From an uncultured Candidatus Peribacteria bacterium (GTDB lineage Bacteria; Patescibacteriota; Gracilibacteria; Peribacterales; Peribacteraceae): 64,000 nucleotides of DNA. The notes beneath the pieces are model-generated. The model did no database searches. It was given only the letters and a program-made list of their open reading frames with translations, and was not told the origin of the DNA. The translations under genes were made by a program, and so were the position numbers. The stretch lies in the NCBI GenBank assembly GCA_964562885.1, contig CAZLVC010000003.1, forward strand, positions 10,427 to 74,426, given 5' to 3'. Positions 26,994 through 36,327 of this stretch are shown here, piece by piece (the first letter of the stretch is position 1; the number at the start of each line of letters is the position of its first letter).

Positions 26994-28757
26994 ATGTTAC
27001 GTACACATACCTGCGGTCAATTAACTGCGAAAGTTGTAAAAACTGAAGTAACACTTTGTGGTTGGGTGAATACTCGTCGCGACCATGGCGGACTGATCTT
27101 TATTGATCTACGAGACCGATACGGCATCACGCAAATTGTCTTCCATCCAGAAAAAAATAAGGAAGTATTTGCAGTAGCAGAAACCGTAAGACCCGAATGG
27201 GTCTTGCAGATAATAGGCATTGTGGAATTACGATTAGAAGGAACCGAAAATAAAGCAATGCCCACAGGAGACATTGAAATTTCTGCGACATCTCTACAGG
27301 TACTAAACAAAGCCAAAACTCCTCCATTTGAAATAGACGGAGATACACAGGTGAACGAGGAGCTGCGTCTGCAGTACCGATACTTAGATATGCGTCGTGC
27401 TCAAATGCAAAAAAATATTGCACTACGCTCCAAAGTCTTCCAAATTATCCGAAGCTATTTTACATCTCAAGGATGTTTAGAAATCGATACCCCGTGCCTT
27501 ATTAAGGGAACACCAGAAGGTGCACGAGAGTACGTTGTGCCTTCGCGTATGTATCCAGGAAACTTCTTTGTTTTGCCACAAAGTCCACAACAATTAAAGC
27601 AGTTATGTATGGTTGGTGGGTTAGATCGGTACTTTCAAATTGCGCGATGCTTTCGTGACGAAGATTTACGTGGTGACCGTCAGCCAGAATTTTTGCAGTT
27701 AGATTTTGAAATGAGTTTTGGTGAACAAAAAGATGTCCAGGAAATTATTCAGGGGTCGATTGAAGAAATCATTAAAGAATGTAGTCCAAAAAAATTACGT
27801 TGGGGAAAAGTCGAAAGTTTTACCTGGCAACACGTCATGGATACCTATGGTTCCGATAAGCCAGATTTACGGTACGATTTGCCCATTACCGATATTTCAA
27901 AAATTGCTGAAGGATGTGGTTTTAAGGTCTTTGAAGATGCGCTAAAAAACAAAGGAACAGTCAGAGCTCTACGAGTACCAGGAGGAGCAGTTTTAAGCCG
28001 AAGTGAAATAGATACATGGACCGAACTTGCCAAAGAACTAAAGGCAAAAGGGTTGGCATATATTCTTTTTAAGGAAGATGGACCCTCGTCACCACTCCTT
28101 AAATTCTTTAAAGATGGATTCCTTGAGAAGCTACAAAAAACCACAGGAGCAAAGGTTGGAGATGCACTCTTTTTTGGAGCAGATACCTTTAAGATTGTCT
28201 GTGCATCACTCTCGCGCATTCGTGCAGAAGCAGCGAAAAAGTTGCAATTAATCGATACCTCCATCCACGCTCTATTTTGGGTAACAAACTTTCCAATGTT
28301 TGAACAAAATGACGATGGCACGCTCACCTTTAGTCATCACCCTTTCACCAGCCCGAATATCGATGAATGGAAAAAGAGGAAGGAAAATCCTCTCGGAGTC
28401 CATTCCATTTGTTATGATCTTGTACTTGATGGATACGAATTAGGATCGGGTTCAATACGTATCCACGACCCAGTATTGCAAGCCGAAGTTTTTGATATGC
28501 TAGGAATCAGCCCTGAAGATCAGCAGAAACGCTTTGGACACCTCCTCCGGGCATTCGAATACGGTGCCCCCCCTCATGGGGGCTTTGCCTATGGCATAGA
28601 CCGAGTGGTGATGATTTTAGCAGGCGAACCTAATATCCGCGAAGTCACACCATTCCCTAAAGACCAAAAGGCAAAAGACTTAATGCTTGGTGCCCCTTCT
28701 CCTATTCCTGCAAAGCAATTAGAGGAATTAGCCCTCGCGCTGGAAGATAAAATGTAG
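26994..28757 (+). CDS. aspS: Aspartyl-tRNA synthetase
   Basis: Class IIb motifs: OB-fold N-terminus (GWVNTRRDHGGLIFIDLRD), FRDEDLRGDRQPEF, GSGSIRIH and GGFAYGIDR. Confidence 0.95.
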   Translation: MLRTHTCGQLTAKVVKTEVTLCGWVNTRRDHGGLIFIDLRDRYGITQIVFHPEKNKEVFAVAETVRPEWVLQIIGIVELRLEGTENKAMPTGDIEISATSLQVLNKAKTPPFEIDGDTQVNEELRLQYRYLDMRRAQMQKNIALRSKVFQIIRSYFTSQGCLEIDTPCLIKGTPEGAREYVVPSRMYPGNFFVLPQSPQQLKQLCMVGGLDRYFQIARCFRDEDLRGDRQPEFLQLDFEMSFGEQKDVQEIIQGSIEEIIKECSPKKLRWGKVESFTWQHVMDTYGSDKPDLRYDLPITDISKIAEGCGFKVFEDALKNKGTVRALRVPGGAVLSRSEIDTWTELAKELKAKGLAYILFKEDGPSSPLLKFFKDGFLEKLQKTTGAKVGDALFFGADTFKIVCASLSRIRAEAAKKLQLIDTSIHALFWVTNFPMFEQNDDGTLTFSHHPFTSPNIDEWKKRKENPLGVHSICYDLVLDGYELGSGSIRIHDPVLQAEVFDMLGISPEDQQKRFGHLLRAFEYGAPPHGGFAYGIDRVVMILAGEPNIREVTPFPKDQKAKDLMLGAPSPIPAKQLEELALALEDKM

Positions 28758-28844
28758 GCACTATTGAAGATGTCTTCCTGGAGAGTACGTGAAGAAAATA
28801 GGCATTGCGATGTGCTGATCTCTTTGTATACACTCTGCCTTCCT

Positions 28845-29540
28845 ATGCTCCAAAAATTACCACAAGCTATTCTCTTCGACTTAGATGCGACCCTCATTGA
28901 TAGCGGGCATCTTTGGATGGAAGCCAACCAAGAGTCAGCACGAATGTTGCATATTAAGTTTACCCAAGATGAGGAAATTGCATTACATGGTCAATCTTTT
29001 TTAGACATACTACGTACAAAAAAAATAAAAGAGGTAATTATTGATAAAATTTTTGAGATGCGCGAAAAACTGCTTGTAGCGAAGTTAGATAATGTTACAT
29101 TTTTACCAGGAGCAAAAGAGTTACTTGAATTCACTCAGGAACACTTCCCTACAGCTATTGTGACTAACGGTCATAATATTGCAGTAGACGTCGTAAAAAA
29201 TCGTCTAAAAATAGATACGCTTGTTGATGAAATAATCACATGGGACGACGTTCAACCAAAAATAAAGCCACACCCATACCCCATACAACTTGCGTGCAAA
29301 AAACTAGGTATTGCGGTTGAAGATGCCATATTCATTGGAGATCATCTGAATGATGTGCTAGCAGGAGAAAGAGCAAACACTGCAACATTTTTGCTCAAAA
29401 ATAACCACAATAAAAATATGAAACATCCTCGTTGTATCACATCGTTGGATGAAAAACGGGCACTGCTACGCAAGCTGCTTACCTTAGAAGAACTTCAACA
29501 ACCAAAAAAGCAGCGACGGAAAATACATCATGAGCACTGA
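28845..29540 (+). CDS. HAD-superfamily hydrolase (phosphatase-like)
   Basis: Motif I ILFDLDATLIDS, motif II VTNG, motif IV FIGDHLNDVLAG. The ATG at 28845 is preferred over the longer ORF from 28764. Confidence 0.75.
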   Translation: MLQKLPQAILFDLDATLIDSGHLWMEANQESARMLHIKFTQDEEIALHGQSFLDILRTKKIKEVIIDKIFEMREKLLVAKLDNVTFLPGAKELLEFTQEHFPTAIVTNGHNIAVDVVKNRLKIDTLVDEIITWDDVQPKIKPHPYPIQLACKKLGIAVEDAIFIGDHLNDVLAGERANTATFLLKNNHNKNMKHPRCITSLDEKRALLRKLLTLEELQQPKKQRRKIHHEH

Positions 29541-29608
29541 AAATTTTTACCTACTAATTTTAAGGTCATTTCTTTGACAAAGAAAAGAAAAGGGATAGAT
29601 ACTATTCT

Positions 29609-30262
29609 ATGATGTATCCATCGAAAGGAATCTATGTCGCCATCCTTCGTGCACCTGAAAGTTCACTTAGTTCCAGAATACGTCATGAAGACACTGGGGA
29701 AGATTATGGAACAGAACTACGTCATGAACGAATTGAAGCATGCATTGAGATGCTACGACTACTAATTACCGAAGTAGTGGAAAAGAATCATATTCCTTAC
29801 GAGATAAGCGAATTTCAATATCATGAAACCGACAAAGGCGTAAAATTAAAAGGAAAGCGATTTAGAGAGTTGAGACGCAAAAATGTATTAGCAGCTGTCG
29901 ATCCATCCCCTGCCATTTTACAACGCTTACTAACACCTTCAGTCAGCTATCCATTTCGTAAGGGAATAGTAGGATTTAGTGAAAAAAGAGTTCTTGAAGG
30001 CTCGCTTTCTCTGCTTGCTTCTCAGCGAATTCCTTTGGGTCAAATCAATGAAAGTCGTAGGCAGTATGCGCAGACTATCTATCCGCTTCTTTTACCTTTT
30101 AATGAAGATGATTTAGCAAGAAGTCACGAGAAAAATTACCCTATTGTTGAAAATGCGCTTACTTCCCCAATTGGAAAAATAATTGAAGACGACGTGGCGC
30201 CTGCACTAAAGATCATTGACGCAAAGGACCCTATTGCAAAAGATATCAAACTCTATTTGTAG
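29609..30262 (+). CDS. Hypothetical protein (217 aa)
   Basis: Long ORF with ordinary composition. I recognise no motif. Confidence 0.5.
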   Translation: MMYPSKGIYVAILRAPESSLSSRIRHEDTGEDYGTELRHERIEACIEMLRLLITEVVEKNHIPYEISEFQYHETDKGVKLKGKRFRELRRKNVLAAVDPSPAILQRLLTPSVSYPFRKGIVGFSEKRVLEGSLSLLASQRIPLGQINESRRQYAQTIYPLLLPFNEDDLARSHEKNYPIVENALTSPIGKIIEDDVAPALKIIDAKDPIAKDIKLYL

Positions 30263-30310
30263 TAAAAGTACTAAACACATTCAAGTCAGTACTCTGTATA
30301 CTCTCATAGT

Positions 30311-31231
30311 ATGTGGGAACCTACAGACCTTACAAATCAACAAAAATTACGACAGGAAGATATTGAACGAGCGACACTTCTTGCGCAAAAAAGAGCAAAG
30401 GAAGAAGAGGCTATTAAGCAAAGAATTTTAGAAAAAAAAGAAGAGGAAAGAATCAGAGCAGAAAAAGGAATGAAACAAGTACAAGAAGAACGAGGTGAGA
30501 AAAAGCAAAAAGTAAAAGCTTTTCGAATACAAAAAAAGGGTGAGGAAATTGAAAAGCAAAAAAAACAAAAGCAGGAAGAAAGGTTACAAGCGGAATTAAA
30601 AAAAAATGAAGAGGAGAAAAAAGAAAAAGAAGAGGAAGAAGAGGAATATATGCAAAACCTGCGTAAAGGAGCAGAGAAAAAAATAACAGAACAACGACGG
30701 GTAGCTAACCTAAAAGCAGAACTGGTGCGAGAAATACAGCGCGCAGAACACGAATGGCAAGCAACGAAAGAAGAGGCAGAGCGTCTGTATCGGAATCAAA
30801 AAGAAAGAAATGAACGCGAGTTACGCGACAGAAAAATGGTTCTGGAACAAGAAAAACATGCAAAATTACAACAAGTAGAACGTGAAAAAAGGGCACGAAT
30901 GCAAGCGATGGATATGGAAGAAAGGCACGAAAACGATGTCATTGAACAAAAAAGACTCACTCCAATGGACTTGGAACGAGCAAAAGCTGATGTAAGTACA
31001 AGAATAAAAATTCGAAGAAAAAAAATGGAAAGCGATTTTGCCGATAAACTTAAGCAAATAGATGCTGAAAGTGGAATGAAAAAAACAGAATTACAAAATT
31101 CACTAAAGGATGCAGTGAATGAAAATGAACGAATGCATCGTGAGGCATTCATGCAAGCAGAACGAAAGTTTATGAGACAAAAACAGGAGGCAGAGCAAAA
31201 ATACGATACTGCGGTAAAACAACGAGAATAA
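30311..31231 (+). CDS. Lys/Glu/Arg-rich coiled-coil-type hypothetical protein (306 aa)
   Basis: Purine-rich ORF that is almost entirely charged (…EKKEEERIRAEKGMKQVQEERGEKKQK…EEKKEKEEEEEEY…). The antisense ORFs here are low-complexity artefacts. Confidence 0.55.
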   Translation: MWEPTDLTNQQKLRQEDIERATLLAQKRAKEEEAIKQRILEKKEEERIRAEKGMKQVQEERGEKKQKVKAFRIQKKGEEIEKQKKQKQEERLQAELKKNEEEKKEKEEEEEEYMQNLRKGAEKKITEQRRVANLKAELVREIQRAEHEWQATKEEAERLYRNQKERNERELRDRKMVLEQEKHAKLQQVEREKRARMQAMDMEERHENDVIEQKRLTPMDLERAKADVSTRIKIRRKKMESDFADKLKQIDAESGMKKTELQNSLKDAVNENERMHREAFMQAERKFMRQKQEAEQKYDTAVKQRE

Positions 31232-31367
31232 ACTAAGCAAAAAATTAAAAAGTAAGTATACTCTAAGCATGCCCAAGTGGCCGCGCATGCGTGCGGGGTA
31301 AACTCCATGGCAAACCTACCTATCCGGCAGGCAAACGCGCTAAACTAGCTTAGATGAAACAGAACAT

Positions 31368-31453
31368 GCCCAGGTGGCGAAATGGCAGACGCGCCAGCCT
31401 TAGGAGCTGGTACTCGCAAGAGTGTGGAGGTTCAAGTCCTCTCCTGGGCACCA
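31368..31453 (+). tRNA. tRNA-Leu (anticodon UAG), class II, CCA encoded
   Basis: Manual cloverleaf. Acceptor GCCCAGG/CCTGGGC. D arm GCG-AAATGGCAGA-CGC. Anticodon stem CCAGC/GCTGG with loop CTTAGGA. Long variable arm ACTC-GCAA-GAGT. T arm GGAGG-TTCAAGT-CCTCT. Discriminator A then CCA. Confidence 0.9.
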
Positions 31454-31515
31454 TGCAATTCACGAAAGGAAACCTACGGTTTCCTCTCGTGAGCTCTCCT
31501 TCCCTTTGCAAGGAG

Positions 31516-31553
31516 GCGCTCCAGTCTGGCAAAGCCAGACTTCGCGCTTTTTT
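31516..31553 (+). terminator. Intrinsic terminator downstream of tRNA-Leu
   Basis: GCGC (31516-19) ... AGTCTGGC (31523-30), loop AAA, GCCAGACT (31534-41) ... GCGC (31544-47), followed directly by T6 (31548-53). Confidence 0.7.
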
Positions 31554-31597
31554 AGATAAAGATGAGAGCTGATAACATACTCCAATCATATCTACAT

Positions 31598-31729
31598 CCT
31601 TAGGAGCCCTGTCTTATGGACAGAAATCCTACGTCAGGCTAAGGTTTGGCAACCGACTCAAAGACCCTATCATGGTTCAAACTCGTCTCGCCGTAGCGGA
31701 GCGAAAGCGGATTCTCTCCTGGGCACCAT
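31598..31729 (+). pseudogene. Degenerate partial copy of tRNA-Leu (anticodon-loop, T-loop and 3' acceptor fragments)
   Basis: CCTTAGGAGC (31598-31607) equals 31398-31407. GGTTCAA (31674-80) equals 31429-35. CTCTCCTGGGCACCAT (31714-29) equals 31439-54, 16/16. There is no matching 5' acceptor strand, so it does not fold as a tRNA. Confidence 0.4.
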
Positions 31730-31790
31730 TTCCCGCTCCGTAAAGCGGAGATATTCATCGCAAGTCACATAAATTGTTATCAGCTCAGTG

Positions 31791-33467
31791 CTAATCTCTT
31801 GCAAACGAAGCTCCAATCTTCTTAAAAATATCACGAATATCATTAATGCTAGCCACATCGAATTCTCTAGTTGTCTTGCCTGCTTCAGAAATATCGCTAC
31901 CGCCTATCTTCTCTAAAACAACCTCGCCAATCTTAGTAGGACCCAAATTAATTGCTTTAAGTTTAATCACATCAACAACCAACTTATTATCCGATCCAAT
32001 AAGTGAGATCTTAAATGCATCCAAAATTTCTTCTACTTTTTTGTAATCCACTAGTGCTCCATCTTCTTTTATCGATTCGAGTAAATCTATCTTGGCAAAT
32101 TCTAATTTTGCATTTAACGAATCTACCGTCTCTTTTCCGTCTTCTGAAGTCTTCGACGATACGCCTTTCTCAACTTCATACTGCCTTTTTTTAAGACCCT
32201 TTATCCTTTCGGTAATCTTTTCCAATGTATCTTTCAGTTCTTTGATCTTCGTATTAAGCGCAGGTTTATCGCCATCTGCTGCTGTACTCAACTTCAATGT
32301 AGTCGCCTCAATTTCTTTTATCACTCCAGTACGCTCGGCATCCTTGTCTGTAATCTCTTTTCCATTCTTTTCTTTCTCTTTACTTTTTTCTTCAGCAGAC
32401 ATTGTAGTTACATCTGGTCTCTTTGTAAGATCATCTTCTTTTTTATCTGACGATTCACGATTTTCGGACCGTGCAGCAAGTTTTGCGCTAATTGTAAGAA
32501 ACAAACCTATCACAAAATAAAGTGCACGATCTTTTTGTTCTACACCCACTAATTTTCCATTCTCCAAATCGCTTGCTGCTATGTCCACCCCCATCATCAT
32601 TAAAATACCTTCCTGAGCCGTACGCTCCGCATCGGTTTTTGCTTCCTTCCACTTTTCTGCAGCACGTAAAGCATTACTACTCACAGCAACAAGTTCACTA
32701 CCACGCTCGCTACCTTCAACCCCACCACTCGGTCGGCGAACTGCATCACCCGGAGCACGATGCACCCCACTTGCGACTGCATCAGGACTGCGATCAAACA
32801 CTCCGCCTGCACCCACCTCGCCTGAGGGTCCAGAGGTAGGAGCCCTCCTGAAGCTTCGCATGCCTGAACGCATGCTTAACTGACGCTCAGACTGAAATTG
32901 TCCACGTAGTGCATCGCGTTCTTTCGTAAGTTTAGTTCGTGAAGGACTACGGCGAGACGATGTACGCAATGCCTCGTTCTTATCGCGCATTTCTCCTTGA
33001 AGCATCAGCGCATTAATATCATGCTGATTACGTATAGGATCAAGTTGAACTGAAACTATTTTATATTCACCTAAGCCTCCGCCTTTCACCGGTGAAACAA
33101 AAAATCCTAGTGGAACATATTTTGCATTTAAATCCTCAATAAAAGCTAATTTTTCTCGATGTTCCATGCCCCTGTTCAACGCCTTTTTAAATGCTTCCCT
33201 TGCTTCGGCTTGATAGGCATTTTTTTCAATCTTATCCTGATTTCGACCTATTGCCCTGTTCTTCGCATAAATATTAGCACTTCGTGCTTCTTCAACGGAA
33301 GTATCTTTTACAACTCTGTTTGTTAATGATTCAACATCATCAGGGATTTCTTTGTCATCTGATTCGGTACTATAAACTTCTTCGCTGGGGCGTTCGCCAC
33401 TAAAAAAAATGAGTCGTTGTTCTGCAAAACAATAATGCTGGCGACTATGATAAAAATGATGATGCAT
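31791..33467 (-). CDS. Hypothetical protein (558 aa): His-rich N-terminus, Arg/Ser/Gly/Pro-rich disordered segment, one TM-like segment, coiled-coil C-terminal half
   Basis: Long ORF whose start lies 2 nt after the stop of the upstream 119-aa ORF. No recognised motifs. Hydrophobic ALYFVIGLFLTISAKLAA. Confidence 0.6.
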   Translation of the reverse strand: MHHHFYHSRQHYCFAEQRLIFFSGERPSEEVYSTESDDKEIPDDVESLTNRVVKDTSVEEARSANIYAKNRAIGRNQDKIEKNAYQAEAREAFKKALNRGMEHREKLAFIEDLNAKYVPLGFFVSPVKGGGLGEYKIVSVQLDPIRNQHDINALMLQGEMRDKNEALRTSSRRSPSRTKLTKERDALRGQFQSERQLSMRSGMRSFRRAPTSGPSGEVGAGGVFDRSPDAVASGVHRAPGDAVRRPSGGVEGSERGSELVAVSSNALRAAEKWKEAKTDAERTAQEGILMMMGVDIAASDLENGKLVGVEQKDRALYFVIGLFLTISAKLAARSENRESSDKKEDDLTKRPDVTTMSAEEKSKEKEKNGKEITDKDAERTGVIKEIEATTLKLSTAADGDKPALNTKIKELKDTLEKITERIKGLKKRQYEVEKGVSSKTSEDGKETVDSLNAKLEFAKIDLLESIKEDGALVDYKKVEEILDAFKISLIGSDNKLVVDVIKLKAINLGPTKIGEVVLEKIGGSDISEAGKTTREFDVASINDIRDIFKKIGASFARD

Positions 33468-33469
33468 AT

Positions 33470-33829
33470 TTATTGCTGACGGATAAGAGACTCTAATCCC
33501 GAAAGGACACTATTATCTTCAGAGACAGAATTATGCTCAAGATAGTGTAAAAAACGTTTACGACGCGAAGAAATTTGCTGCTGTTGTGCTATTGAATATC
33601 TCTCTAGCGCTTGATGAAAATGCTCACATGCCGTTTTGTAACGCAAGGATCGCACCTTACGTTGTTCAGGAGAATCTTGCTCGAACCGAGAGCGCACATT
33701 TTTAAGTTCTGCATGAGTAAGCTCTGGCTCTATACCACTCATAATTTCATCATACAAATCAATATCTGGCTCAGGTAAAGCCGCACCTTCATCTTCCATT
33801 GCCAACGATGGTTCGTCATCTTGAGACAT
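33470..33829 (-). CDS. Hypothetical acidic protein (119 aa)
   Basis: ORF tightly coupled to the downstream 558-aa gene. No recognised motif. Confidence 0.5.
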   Translation of the reverse strand: MSQDDEPSLAMEDEGAALPEPDIDLYDEIMSGIEPELTHAELKNVRSRFEQDSPEQRKVRSLRYKTACEHFHQALERYSIAQQQQISSRRKRFLHYLEHNSVSEDNSVLSGLESLIRQQ

Positions 33830-33945
33830 AATTTTTTATGTTTCTCATTATTGTACCAGAAAATGACACTTTCTTCAATGATCTTTTGATGAGAATAACA
33901 ACCAGAAACCTTGCACAGAACGACAAGACCAACGACCATAGAGGT

Positions 33946-35601
33946 ATGCAAAAATATCTCTCATTAAGTTTCGCGCTCGTACTCCCTGCCACAGCACTCG
34001 CATTAACTATTGAACCTGCACATTTTTATACAGATGTGCGCGACAATTCGCCAGAACTAGCAGGAATTAACCTGTTAACAACCGAAGGAATAGTCCAGGG
34101 GTACGGCGAAGGAAAATTTGGACCATCGAGACTTGTAAATCGTGCTGAATTTTTAAAGATGGCAATTGGAGCCACTCCTGATACGCAAAAACCCGCACTA
34201 CAGGAAGGGCAATCTTGCTTTCCTGATGTGCAGGCAAACGACTGGTTTGCACCATTTGTTTGTGCGGCAAAGAACGCAGATGTTGTGAAGGGTAATCCCG
34301 ATGGGCTCTTTCATCCTGAACGAACAGTACAATACGACGAAGCACTTAAAATGCTTACGCTTTTGTTTGGATACGATATTCCTGAGGTGACGGACGCTAA
34401 TTGGGGTGAGCGTTACAAGCAATCTGCCGAAAACCTAAAAACTACACTGCCAATGCAAATTGCATTATCTACTCCACTAACACGAGGAATGACCGCGCGT
34501 TTAGTTGGAGGGTTTTTAGCAGAATCCGAAGGAATGCTGGAGGCATACCGAAGTGCGGAAGCGGGGCAATATCTTTCCAGTTCATCTTCCAGTAGTTCTG
34601 TAGAAAAATCGTCAAGTAATTCATCGTCCCAAAGTTCTGTAAGCTCGTCAGTGGCTTCATCGTCTGCTTCGGTATTTTCGCTTAACAATCACTTTCTTCC
34701 TGTTGGCAAAAAAAGTGATGCCATTGCAGATGTCACACTAAATTCCGTGGGTGAGCCTGTATACGTTGCACTTGCACAAGTGAAGCTTATGCAAGAGGCA
34801 CGATCGGTAGAATTTATTGAAGTAGTAAGCGAAACAGGAATAGTACTTGCTTCGTTAAAGCAACGAACAACTACCACGCCATCCGATTATAAAAAGATCT
34901 ACGAAACCACGAGCGCAAGTGACACACCCATCGTTCTAGATGGAACAAAGCCCATTCACCTCTATGTACGTGCAGTCATTCGCTCATCTGAAAATGGAGG
35001 CTTTGCAGAAGATTTACTGCAAGTTTTTTCTGTCAACATTACCTACCACGCGCCAGCAAGCAACCAAACGTACTACGGTGCAAAACAGGGTGGGTTTAGT
35101 AAAAATCAAACTGCATTTGGCAATCTTACAAACGTACTAAGAACATCCCCACAAGTTGATGTATTGAAAACAGGCTCAGGAATAATCGTAAGCAGCTTTA
35201 GCGTCAGTGGATCTGGTACCACCAATAAAACACTCTCTCTTGAAAATATGACATTCTCCCTAATAAAAAGTGCGGGTGTTATTACAAAAAACTGGTCCGT
35301 GAACATAGGAAATAATTCTATGAATATTCCTTGTTCGATGAATATAGAAGGAAATCAAATAAGCTGTATTCGGTTGCAAGATTCCGCCATTTTGCAGTCT
35401 CATCAAAATCTCGCAATAAAAATATTTGCTGATGTCTCGCTAGATTCAAACCTTCAGAAAGAAAACAAATTCCTACAAATCTCGCTCTTGCACTCGGGCT
35501 CACCAGAAGCTTTAGGAAGCATTGAATGGAGCGATGGGTCTGGTCACTACCGTTGGATCGAAGGTGCCTCTCCTATTGCTGTAGGAACAGAATGGAAGTA
35601 G
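33946..35601 (+). CDS. Secreted SLH-domain protein with poly-Ser linker
   Basis: GAGG 2 nt before the ATG at 33946 and signal peptide MQKYLSLSFALVLPATALA. SLH-like units (FYTDVRDNSPELAGINLLTTEGIVQGYGEGKFGPSRLVNRAEF; FPDVQANDWFAPFVCAAKNADVVKGNPDGLFHPERTVQYDEAL). Ser-rich linker, then a beta-rich C-terminal region. Confidence 0.8.
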   Translation: MQKYLSLSFALVLPATALALTIEPAHFYTDVRDNSPELAGINLLTTEGIVQGYGEGKFGPSRLVNRAEFLKMAIGATPDTQKPALQEGQSCFPDVQANDWFAPFVCAAKNADVVKGNPDGLFHPERTVQYDEALKMLTLLFGYDIPEVTDANWGERYKQSAENLKTTLPMQIALSTPLTRGMTARLVGGFLAESEGMLEAYRSAEAGQYLSSSSSSSSVEKSSSNSSSQSSVSSSVASSSASVFSLNNHFLPVGKKSDAIADVTLNSVGEPVYVALAQVKLMQEARSVEFIEVVSETGIVLASLKQRTTTTPSDYKKIYETTSASDTPIVLDGTKPIHLYVRAVIRSSENGGFAEDLLQVFSVNITYHAPASNQTYYGAKQGGFSKNQTAFGNLTNVLRTSPQVDVLKTGSGIIVSSFSVSGSGTTNKTLSLENMTFSLIKSAGVITKNWSVNIGNNSMNIPCSMNIEGNQISCIRLQDSAILQSHQNLAIKIFADVSLDSNLQKENKFLQISLLHSGSPEALGSIEWSDGSGHYRWIEGASPIAVGTEWK

Positions 35602-35652
35602 GAGGATAGTTAGGTTGTAGCTTGTAGGTAGTAAGCTGTAGGATAGAGAGGC
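35602..35652 (+). repeat. G/T-rich TAGGTTGTAG motif cluster (dispersed intergenic motif family)
   Basis: GAGGATAGTTAGGTTGTAGCTTGTAGGTAGTAAGCTGTAGGATAGAGAGG lies directly after the SLH-gene stop and 20 nt before lspA. Confidence 0.4.
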
Positions 35653-35671
35653 TATTTTTCTTCAACATCCA

Positions 35672-36109
35672 ATGCGAATGTGGATTTCTCTTCTTCTGGC
35701 GCTCAATATTTCACTTGGAGCAATGATTATTGTAAAAATGTTCCCTGAGAATATTTCGATTATTGGAAATTTTTTACGTATCCACACTTCATACAATACA
35801 AATATTGCTTTTAGCATTCGCATCCCCTCTCCACTAAAGGAAATTTTAATTTCGAGTGCTTTTGCTGCAGTACTCCTTGTGTCGATGCAGCTAAAAAAAA
35901 CAAAGATGGAAGAAGTTGGCTTTGGCTTAATTGTAGGTGGAGCTGCGGCCAATCTCATCAATAGAATTATTGATGGTTGGGTGCTAGATTTTATTGCCGT
36001 CGGAACATTCCCTATTTTTAACATTGCAGATTCATTCATCTGTATTGGTGCTGGCTTGCTACTTTTTGAATACATCTCTTCCAATAATAAAAGGAGTGTC
36101 ATTCGTTGA
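35672..36109 (+). CDS. lspA: Lipoprotein signal peptidase (signal peptidase II)
   Basis: Four TM segments and family motifs ...NTNIAFSI... and GGAAANLINRIIDGWVLDFI...FPIFNIADSFICIGAGLLL. Confidence 0.8.
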   Translation: MRMWISLLLALNISLGAMIIVKMFPENISIIGNFLRIHTSYNTNIAFSIRIPSPLKEILISSAFAAVLLVSMQLKKTKMEEVGFGLIVGGAAANLINRIIDGWVLDFIAVGTFPIFNIADSFICIGAGLLLFEYISSNNKRSVIR

Positions 36110-36327
36110 TGAGAAATACATTTCGATGCCATCGAATATTAAACGATCATGGTGTTTATGAAGAATTTTTCTAATTTTTTTATTTTCTTGCGCGTCAATA
36201 TATCTTCAACTTATTGCGCACGAAGGAATCGTGTTCTAAATATATGATCAAATAGTCATAGTGCTTTATTGTTCGTTTTCTAAATTTTCTACGCATCATT
36301 ATGACCATATTTCACTATAACAATATA

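Noticed and set aside
30796-31308. 170-aa minus-strand ORF and other antisense ORFs over the K/E-rich gene.
   Set aside because: The Ser/Phe/Cys/Leu-rich translation is the mirror image of the purine-rich sense strand. The sense ORF is longer, and its start lies at the end of a spacer.
31350-31589. ORFs 31350..31589 (minus strand) and 31354..31572 (plus strand).
   Set aside because: Both span the well-folding tRNA-Leu gene and its terminator hairpins. They are artefacts of the stop-poor, GC-richer RNA region.
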